From Bdellovibrionales bacterium (GTDB lineage Bacteria; Pseudomonadota; Alphaproteobacteria; UBA9219): DNA of 35,088 bases. The stretch is from positions 1-35,088 of the forward strand of contig JBFWLD010000001.1 of the NCBI GenBank assembly GCA_050252315.1, given 5' to 3'. Shown here piece by piece: positions 28,424-34,770 of this stretch (positions are counted from its first letter, which is position 1; every line of letters begins with the position of its first letter). The notes beneath the pieces are model-generated. The model worked only from the letters and a program-made list of their open reading frames with translations. It had not been told where the DNA came from and did not search any database. Made by a program: the position numbers and the translations under genes.

Positions 28424-29413
28424 TCACTTTCCATAAGCCCCTTGGGCTTTTTGGGCAAAGCGGTTATCGACGGCAAGCGATGTAGCCTGTGGATGGGCAA
28501 GCTCACCGCTGTCCAGACGTGTCTTGAGCGCGCGTTGCCAATAATCGTCCGGCACCACCACGGATGAAGGATACATCGCGTCGCGCAGCATGTGGTCCAC
28601 GGCGCGACGGATTACTTTTTCTCCCAAGGAAGGAAAAAGCTTGCGCGCCGTGCGATAGGCCGCGTCAGGCTCCTTGTACATAAGCGTGATCGCTTCTTGT
28701 AGCGCATTGACCATGCATTGAATTTGGGCGGGATTTTTGTTGATGGTTTCCTGTCGCACCATAAGACCTGTGACTGCCTGAGGCTCCGTAAAATCATTCA
28801 GATTTAAAACGACGCGGAAGCCGTTTTCGACAAGCTGAGACACCGCCGGTTCAAGATCTACGGAAATATCGACGGTATCCGTTTGTAAAAGCGCGGCCCC
28901 GGTGCCCATGGCGCTTTGCACGATTTTCATGGAGGCCAGCGTCGGTACGCGCTGTTTAAGCCCGTTGAGAATCGTATAAGTGGTGGACGGAGCGGGAAAC
29001 GACGAAACCCGCAACCCGGCAAGCTGTTCGGCTCTACGGATTTCAGGAATTGTCGCCTTGTTGGTATAGCCGGATAGCGCAAGATTGGTGATGAGCATAG
29101 CCACAGTCTTGGCTTTCCCGCCTTTCTCTTGAGCTATCGCCGTAAAGACAGGATCGCCCATGCCGTACTCGACGCTGCCGGACATGACGGCGGCAAAAAT
29201 CTGGTCGTCGTTACCGGCAAAACGAATATCGACATCAAGCCCTTGCTCGGCAAAAAAGCCTTCCTCTTGCGCGACGTATAAGGGGAGATAAAGGAGAAAT
29301 TTAGACTGGCCGAATTGAGCGATTCTGACTTTTTCAAGAGGCGCAGCATGAAGCGGAGCCACCCAAAGAAAAAACATCAAAAGAAAAGAGGCCAGAAATT
29401 TTATACGGAACAT
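28424..29413 (-). CDS. Periplasmic substrate-binding protein, NMT1/THI5-like (SsuA/TauA/ThiY family)
   Basis: Signal peptide MFRIKFLASFLLMFFLWVAPLHA/AP. The mature part VRIAQFGQSKFLLYLPLYVAQEEGFFAEQGLDVDIRFAGNDDQIF...GMGDPVF is typical of the NitT/TauT SBP fold. Confidence 0.85.
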   Translation of the reverse strand: MFRIKFLASFLLMFFLWVAPLHAAPLEKVRIAQFGQSKFLLYLPLYVAQEEGFFAEQGLDVDIRFAGNDDQIFAAVMSGSVEYGMGDPVFTAIAQEKGGKAKTVAMLITNLALSGYTNKATIPEIRRAEQLAGLRVSSFPAPSTTYTILNGLKQRVPTLASMKIVQSAMGTGAALLQTDTVDISVDLEPAVSQLVENGFRVVLNLNDFTEPQAVTGLMVRQETINKNPAQIQCMVNALQEAITLMYKEPDAAYRTARKLFPSLGEKVIRRAVDHMLRDAMYPSSVVVPDDYWQRALKTRLDSGELAHPQATSLAVDNRFAQKAQGAYGK

Positions 29414-29688
29414 GAAAAGGCTCCTTGCGTATCGTCGTCTAAAAAAATTTGTACCTGTTTGCCCAGAGCCTCTGCCGCCATCAGCATGGTTTGCAGCGTG
29501 ACCGAATTATTTTGCGGATCTAAAAGCCGGTTCAGGGCGGCGCGGCTTGTCCCCATACGTTCGGCCATTCGTGCGCGCGTCAGCCCTTGCCGCGCCATCT
29601 CCCGTTCGATTTGATATGCCAACATGCGCTTGACCGTAGAATGGCCGGGGGGCGTATCACCGGATAAGGCTGGCTTTTGGCTTTTCAT
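29401..29688 (-). CDS. XRE-family helix-turn-helix transcriptional regulator
   Basis: ATG at complement 29686-29688 with GAGGAA 7 nt upstream. 95 aa with MARQGLTRARMAERMGTSRAALNRLLDPQNNSVTLQTMLMAAEALGKQVQIFL (HTH). The stop overlaps the SBP start by 13 nt. The track start 29739 lies inside the operator region. Confidence 0.78.
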   Translation of the reverse strand: MKSQKPALSGDTPPGHSTVKRMLAYQIEREMARQGLTRARMAERMGTSRAALNRLLDPQNNSVTLQTMLMAAEALGKQVQIFLDDDTQGAFSCSV

Positions 29689-29710
29689 TTGGATTTCCTC
29701 TTTGAATACT

Positions 29711-29726
29711 GTATCAAATATGATAC
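29711..29726. promoter_or_regulatory. Palindromic operator candidate in the divergent XRE / SBP-paralogue spacer
   Basis: Perfect inverted repeat GTATCA-AATA-TGATAC at 29711-29726, plus a third GTATCA half-site at 29733-29738, in an AT-rich spacer 23 nt upstream of the XRE start codon. Confidence 0.5.
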
Positions 29727-29812
29727 GCTTATGTATCACATATATAGCAAAACATCAATACAGAAAATACAAACACCTTTTCTTTCAATGGGTTGCTTGA
29801 TAGGCTGAGGGA

Positions 29813-30730
29813 ATGGAAAGTATCAAAATAGCTCAATGGGCGGGGCGGCATATCGGCTATATGCCTTTATACCTCGCGCAAAAACGCGGTTTATTCGCGG
29901 CGTTGGGCGTGGACGCTACGATCTATGGCGCAGGAAACGACGATGCTATTTTCAAAGAAGTCGAGTCCGGTCGCGCCGATTTCGGCGTAGGCGATCCGGT
30001 TTTTGCAGCCTTGGACTATCACAAAAACGCAAAGGTTCGCGTGGTTGCCAGCCTTATTGGCAATTTGCCTATCTGGGGCATTACGCACCACCCGCAAATA
30101 AAACCGTTTTCTCACCTTTCGGATTTTGTCGGCCTGCGCATTGGGTCGTTTCCACGGCCTTCGACGACCTACACGTTGTTGAGCGCGCTTAAAACCCGCA
30201 ACCCGCGTCTTTTGAAATCTATGGAGATTGTCGAAGCCGAAATTGGGCAGCAGGCGTTTTTGTTGGCCTCCGGACAGGTGGATTTGATTTTGGAGTTAGA
30301 ACCCACGGTCAGCGCAACCTTAAGGCAAGGCCTGCATATTGTGTGCGCAATGTCGGATTTTTATCCGGATTTTCTGATGACAGGTCTGATGGTTTCATCC
30401 GAAACGATAGATCGCCGCCCGGATCTGGTTCGCCGCGTGGTCAAAGGAATCCAGCAAGCCCTGACGCTTTTGCAAACGCATCCGGAGGAGGCCGTTTCCG
30501 TAGGGCTAGAAATGTTCCCCTTTATCTCAAAAGAGATCATGGCCGAAGGCGTCCAGCGCATGCTGGGGTCATGGCCTGCGCAAGCCGTCATCTCGCCACA
30601 GGGATGGGCCAATACGATCAAGATGCGACAAGATGTCGGCGAGCTTCCCTCTGTCCCGCCTTTCGACGCCGTGGTGGACCAGCGTTTTGCCTACGAAGCG
30701 CTTGATTTGGATTTCACCAAACTCAGTTGA
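29813..30730 (+). CDS. NMT1/THI5-like binding-protein paralogue without a signal peptide
   Basis: MESIKIAQWAGRHIGYMPLYLAQKRGLFAALGVDATIYGAGNDDAIFKEVESGRADFGVGDPVF aligns by eye with the mature N-terminus of the SBP at 28424..29413. An in-frame TAG at 29801-29803 prevents any N-terminal extension. Confidence 0.8.
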   Translation: MESIKIAQWAGRHIGYMPLYLAQKRGLFAALGVDATIYGAGNDDAIFKEVESGRADFGVGDPVFAALDYHKNAKVRVVASLIGNLPIWGITHHPQIKPFSHLSDFVGLRIGSFPRPSTTYTLLSALKTRNPRLLKSMEIVEAEIGQQAFLLASGQVDLILELEPTVSATLRQGLHIVCAMSDFYPDFLMTGLMVSSETIDRRPDLVRRVVKGIQQALTLLQTHPEEAVSVGLEMFPFISKEIMAEGVQRMLGSWPAQAVISPQGWANTIKMRQDVGELPSVPPFDAVVDQRFAYEALDLDFTKLS

Positions 30731-31598
30731 GATACGGCAACGCAGGCTTTTTAAACATAAGCCCTTCGGATCCGCCATAAGGGGCAAGGATTTGGTCGTA
30801 TCGCGGTGAATACATCATTTCAAAAAGAGCGGAATCAATCGCCTCTTTCAATTTGGTATCGCCAAAGGGTAAGACAAGAACCATGGGATAAACAGCCACG
30901 GGCTTCGGGCTAAGTTTTCGAACGGACCGGGGATTGTTCTTCAAAAAATGATGCGCGGCGTTTTCTTCTTGAAACAAAACATCCGCTTTTCTTGTCACCA
31001 CATTCATGAATAAATCCGCAATGGATGAATTTTGCGGAATCGTCACGGTTTGGGCTTTCGGAAATAACGATTGCGCCAACAAAGCGCCAAGCTCACCATC
31101 CATGGTGGTAATCCGAACCTCTTTGGTGTTGAGCTTAAGGGGATCCTCAGACAGTCGAACAGTATCGCTCCGCACCCAACTGTAAATCGAAGCATAGCCA
31201 AAAGGCGTCGAAAAAGTAGCGTGCATCGCGCGCGCGGGCGTTTGCCAAACTTCAGTACAAATCGCATCGTACCTCCCGTTATTGACGCCTTCCAGCATGG
31301 TTCCCCAGCCGACTTCTTCGCTCCAAACAATCTTTATCCCCAGCCTGCGTCCAATATCCTCCATTAAATCCACCATGACGCCAACCGGCTTTCCGGTTTT
31401 TGCTGAAAGCTCAAAATAAGGCGCATAAACCACATAGCCGCAACGAAGGGTCTTGGTTGCCATAACGCGTTCAAAGGCCGTTTTGTGGAGAGGTCGAGCC
31501 TCCCCATTCCCGCGGTCCCGCCCGGCAAAAGAGCCTCCCATCATCAGGCCAAAGACAAGAGAAATAAGAATAAAAACAATAAGATAAGATTTTTTCAC
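30723..31598 (-). CDS. Family-3 (amino-acid/polar solute type) substrate-binding protein, orphan
   Basis: GTG at complement 31596-31598 (GGAGA 6 nt upstream) gives MKKSYLIVFILISLVFGLMMGGSFA. The track TTG start at 31619 is an alternative. Body: LRCGYVVYAPYFEL...VGVMVDLMEDIGRRLGIKIVWSEEVGWGTMLEGVNNGRYDAICTEVW (SBP_bac_3 pattern). No cognate permease or ATPase is adjacent. Confidence 0.75.
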   Translation of the reverse strand: MKKSYLIVFILISLVFGLMMGGSFAGRDRGNGEARPLHKTAFERVMATKTLRCGYVVYAPYFELSAKTGKPVGVMVDLMEDIGRRLGIKIVWSEEVGWGTMLEGVNNGRYDAICTEVWQTPARAMHATFSTPFGYASIYSWVRSDTVRLSEDPLKLNTKEVRITTMDGELGALLAQSLFPKAQTVTIPQNSSIADLFMNVVTRKADVLFQEENAAHHFLKNNPRSVRKLSPKPVAVYPMVLVLPFGDTKLKEAIDSALFEMMYSPRYDQILAPYGGSEGLMFKKPALPYLN

Positions 31599-31702
31599 AC
31601 CCCGTCTCCCCGAAGACAATTTCTTTTTAAAAGATATAGAGATATGTTATTAGGTGCGCAAAACGCCACTATTTATGGCGTATGAGGCTGTGGAGGTTCC
31701 CA

Positions 31703-32470
31703 ATGTATAAAGATATCAAAGCGATACTGAAGCGTATCGGGCTCAAAGACCAAGAAGCCCGTGTCTATTTAACCTGCCTGAGATACAAGGATGGATTATT
31801 TATCTATGAAATCGCCAAGGAAATCTCTGTCGGGAGAACGACCGTTGATCTGATGGTCAAACGTCTGGTCCATCAAGGGGTGCTCAATAGGGTCAAGGTT
31901 GGGCGACGGTTTCGTTTTTTTGCCCTTGCCCCGGAAGCTCTTTTGTTCCGCCAAAAACAACTCGTCGAAGATTTGGAACAAGTCGTTCCGATGCTGTCCA
32001 TCCTTGGAGGGCAAAGAAAGGATATGGAAATTTTATATTTCGAAGGCACGCAAGGAATCCGCCAAGTCCACGACGATATTTTGTTGAATGTAAAGTTCGC
32101 CCAAGGAGAAAAACGAAATTTGTTATGCTTTTCGTCGAGCCCTGATTTTATGCGAGTCTTTCCCGATGCCCAGAAAGTTTTTATCGACAAACGCATTAAA
32201 TGCGGGGCATGGTTCAAGGCCATTGCGACAAGAGAATCCGTAGGCGTACCGATTGCCAGCAACGACCCGAAAGCCCTACGCGCCATGAAGTACATGCCAA
32301 AAGGAACGAATCCCTTCAGGATGGAAATGTATGCCTATGCGGACAGCGTCATGATCTATTCGACCGTCAAGCCCATCGGCGGTGTGATCATTCGTAATGA
32401 AAAAATAGCCGATTCTTTACGCGCCTTATTCACGCTTGTCTGGAGCTTACTGCCGGAAAATAACGATTGA
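31703..32470 (+). CDS. TrmB-like winged-helix transcriptional regulator
   Basis: ATG 31703 (GGAGG 6 nt upstream). N-terminus LKRIGLKDQEARVYLTCLRYKDGLFIYEIAKEISVGRTTVDLMVKRLVHQGVLNRV matches the TrmB wHTH pattern. The C-terminal part of about 150 aa is unassigned. Confidence 0.65.
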   Translation: MYKDIKAILKRIGLKDQEARVYLTCLRYKDGLFIYEIAKEISVGRTTVDLMVKRLVHQGVLNRVKVGRRFRFFALAPEALLFRQKQLVEDLEQVVPMLSILGGQRKDMEILYFEGTQGIRQVHDDILLNVKFAQGEKRNLLCFSSSPDFMRVFPDAQKVFIDKRIKCGAWFKAIATRESVGVPIASNDPKALRAMKYMPKGTNPFRMEMYAYADSVMIYSTVKPIGGVIIRNEKIADSLRALFTLVWSLLPENND

Positions 32471-32644
32471 CGCGTGATAGACAAGACAGGGTAGGGCAGG
32501 GGAAAATAGGATGGGGATGATGCCTTTCGATAGCCCCCATGGTCGTGCCTTGCTGAAAGAAATAGCGAATAGGTGCAAGCCTACCCCTTGCCTCTCGGCG
32601 CATAGGGGGTTATTTTCGAACAAGCTTCAGTAAAAGGAATTTAA

Positions 32645-33097
32645 ATGTCAAATTTGTCTTTTCTCCTTTCTTATCTTTTGGTCGTTTTTGCTGGAATTAG
32701 CTTTGCTACCCAACAGATTCTCAATACGACTTTAAAAACCCATGTCGGGTCCCCGTGGTGGGCAGGTTTTGTTAGCTATCTGGGCGGCACGATGGTTATG
32801 CTTGTGGTAGCCCTGTTGACGTCACCTATTTCCCGGTTAACGGACGCGTCCGGTCACGCGCCGTGGTTTACATGGCTCGGCGGGTTGTTTGGTGCCATCT
32901 ACATCGCCATCTGTATTCTTATGGTTCCTAAACTTGGAACCGCCACGACAATCGCGTTGATGGTTGTCGGTCAAATGGTTGGTGCCCTTGCTTTCGATCA
33001 TTTCGGCCTTTTGGGACTTATGCAGCGGCCACTTACTCTGAGCCATCTCGCTGGCGCAGGCTTTTTGGTTCTTGGCGTTGTCCTTATCAGAGCTTGA
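32645..33097 (+). CDS. DMT-superfamily small membrane protein, DUF606/YdcZ-like
   Basis: 150 aa, five hydrophobic helices. GSPWWAGFVSYLGGT...WLGGLFGAIYIAICILMVPKLGTATTIALMVVGQMVGALAFDHFG is the YdcZ-type pattern as I remember it. Confidence 0.7.
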   Translation: MSNLSFLLSYLLVVFAGISFATQQILNTTLKTHVGSPWWAGFVSYLGGTMVMLVVALLTSPISRLTDASGHAPWFTWLGGLFGAIYIAICILMVPKLGTATTIALMVVGQMVGALAFDHFGLLGLMQRPLTLSHLAGAGFLVLGVVLIRA

Positions 33098-33232
33098 GCC
33101 CTGCCAAGAGCCATTCAAAAATTTACCGTCCCGAACAAGACAAAATCTGGGTAATGGGAGGTTAGAGTGAGAATTACGAAAGGTTATTCATGATTTCATG
33201 CATTGTCAAAAACTATGTCCGCTGTTAACCCG

Positions 33233-33406
33233 CTAGGTAGAGATAAAAAAGCTTGCTGTAACGGCAGAAACGAGGCCAACAACAACAGCGATGTATGTTT
33301 CCAATTTTTTATACCAAGACTTATTAATTTTGGCTGTAAATTGCTTTATGCAGCTAAGGACCTTTCCTACCGTTTTGGGAGAAATTGGGGTTATCGTTTG
33401 TTCCAT
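33233..33406 (-). CDS. Possible 57-aa tail-anchored membrane peptide
   Basis: Below the 60-aa track cut-off. ATG at complement 33404-33406 to TAG at complement 33233-33235: MEQTITPISPKTVGKVLSCIKQFTAKINKSWYKKLETYIAVVVGLVSAVTASFFIST. It lies 28 nt downstream of the preceding zinc-ribbon gene on the same strand. Weak Shine-Dalgarno sequence. Confidence 0.25.
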   Translation of the reverse strand: MEQTITPISPKTVGKVLSCIKQFTAKINKSWYKKLETYIAVVVGLVSAVTASFFIST

Positions 33407-33434
33407 TCTTCATCGTTGTGTGAAGTAAGAACCG

Positions 33435-33767
33435 CTAATCCCCTTTCGGACGAGTGAACAAAACCAATAATCCTAGCACTATATCGCCAAAACCCCAGAA
33501 TGTTACTAGCACGCCTGTTCCCAATGTAGCTCCAATAGCTGCTCCTGCCTGTTGCGCGCTTGAACCGTTGCCAACCATACCGCCGATATCTTTCCAATAG
33601 CTGCCAAGCCATAGAAGCATCAGTATATTGAAAACAATAAATAAGAACTTAAATAACTTACCAAAAAAGCCACGCTTTGCCCTGCGCAATTGTACGCCGC
33701 ACTTTGGGCATTTCATTGCCGAATTGCTTACTTCATTCTGACATTCCGGACATTTAATTAATGACAT
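33435..33767 (-). CDS. Zinc-ribbon membrane protein (110 aa), no family recognised
   Basis: ATG at complement 33765-33767 with GAGGAGG 6 nt upstream. MSLIKCPECQNEVSNSAMKCPKCG (CxxC-N10-CxxC), then two or three TM helices (FFGKLFKFLFIVFNILMLLWLGSYW; AAIGATLGTGVLVTFWGFGDIVLGLLVLF). Low-GC coding sequence. Confidence 0.72.
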   Translation of the reverse strand: MSLIKCPECQNEVSNSAMKCPKCGVQLRRAKRGFFGKLFKFLFIVFNILMLLWLGSYWKDIGGMVGNGSSAQQAGAAIGATLGTGVLVTFWGFGDIVLGLLVLFTRPKGD

Positions 33768-33787
33768 AATTTCCTCCTCGTACTGTC

Positions 33788-34291
33788 TTAATCCGTTATA
33801 CGGAAGTCCTCTATCATACAAGAAGTACTTCGCGCCTGGTTATGGATGAACCCCATGTTAACATCTTGAAACGACCTATTTGAATTTGCCTTTATAACTT
33901 CATAAATGACTTCAGTATTTTGATCAATCATGGTTCCGCTATTGGCATAATGTTCGCACTTTATCTGAACATCCTTGATGTTGTGAGTACCGTTATTGTG
34001 AATAGTAAAATTAGCTTTCATAACGCTTCCAAATCCTTCTGTCCTCCAAGAGAAATCGAGCTTAAGAAGATTTCTGACCTCACTTTTTACATCTGGCTTT
34101 GAAGTGCCGACGTTGGTTTGGTTGTTGAAAATAACCGCACCGACAATCCACATCAAAAGTGCTGCCCCAATATATTTTGGGATCGGCAGGTCCTTCTTCT
34201 GCTTCGCTCCACATTGAGGGCAGATGTTTGCTGATTTAAGAACAGTATTCTTGCAATTTGTACAACTGCGATAGAGGTTTTCGCTAGTCAT
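33788..34291 (-). CDS. Zinc-ribbon, single-TM protein with an extracytoplasmic domain of about 110 aa, no family recognised
   Basis: MTSENLYRSCTNCKNTVLKSANICPQCG (CxxC-N10-CxxC), TM helix YIGAALLMWIVGAVIF, then a beta-rich-looking domain (LDFSWRTEGFGSVMKANFTIHNNGTHNIKDVQIKCEHYANSGTMIDQNTEVIYEVIKANSNRSFQDVNMGFIH). GAGGG Shine-Dalgarno. Hand-counted GC is about 33% (33841-33900). Confidence 0.75.
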   Translation of the reverse strand: MTSENLYRSCTNCKNTVLKSANICPQCGAKQKKDLPIPKYIGAALLMWIVGAVIFNNQTNVGTSKPDVKSEVRNLLKLDFSWRTEGFGSVMKANFTIHNNGTHNIKDVQIKCEHYANSGTMIDQNTEVIYEVIKANSNRSFQDVNMGFIHNQARSTSCMIEDFRITD

Positions 34292-34362
34292 TAGACCCTC
34301 GATCCAAAACTTTTCTGCGGAGAAGATTGTGCGCTGACTCTCTCATAAGACTGTACTCTAGT

Positions 34363-34578
34363 TTAGAAACACGATTCATCCAATAAAAGATTCTCTTTGC
34401 GTCTTTTAAGAAACTCTGCTGGCTCCACACCCAAGGCTTCGGCCAAGCGGCCTATGATCTTGAGGCTCACATGGAAGGAGCCTTTTTCAATCTGGCTTAA
34501 ATAGCTGCGGCTGATCTCGGCTTCATACGCAAGATCATCCCGTGAAAGGATTTCTGCATTGTTGCTAAAACCGTAAGT
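34363..34578 (-). pseudogene. XRE-family HTH gene remnant (no usable start; in-frame TAG immediately upstream)
   Basis: The complement frame reads TYGFSNNAEILSRDDLAYEAEISRSYLSQIEKGSFHVSLKIIGRLAEALGVEPAEFLKRRKENLLLDESCF, with the stop at complement 34363-34365. It contains HTH helices 2-5 of an XRE protein, but there is no ATG/GTG/TTG before the HTH. The frame is closed by TAG at complement 34579-34581. A 14-codon piece (MKLGTSPRLDLIHF, ATG at complement 34621-34623) sits in the same frame upstream of that TAG. Confidence 0.5.
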
Positions 34579-34770
34579 CTAAAAATGGATAAGATCAAGG
34601 CGTGGAGAAGTGCCTAGTTTCATACCAGAATGGCGTGCCGGACAGGACAAATCTACGAAATGGGAATTGGAGGTGCCTATCCACCCGAACAAGCCATTTA
34701 TACGAAGCAACCACAAGCCCTTAGATAATTCAACCCCCTGATAGTATGTAGGGCAAAGTTCGTCGCATTT

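Noticed and set aside
32471-32644. Possible riboswitch or leader upstream of the DUF606/DMT gene: GGGTAGG (32488-32494) / CCTACCC (32581-32587), ATGGGG...CCCCAT hairpin, and a GAUGAUGCCU string reminiscent of the fluoride riboswitch
   Set aside because: The order and spacing of the conserved fluoride (crcB) elements do not fit. No ACGR loops of guanidine-II were seen. There is only generic pairing, which is not enough to call.
34576-34770. Group II intron 3' ribozyme (domains V/VI) downstream of the RT ORF
   Set aside because: In the RT orientation I found no 34-nt domain V hairpin of the GAGCCGUAU...GUACGGUUC type and no AGC triad helix. The RT tail also lacks a maturase/En region.
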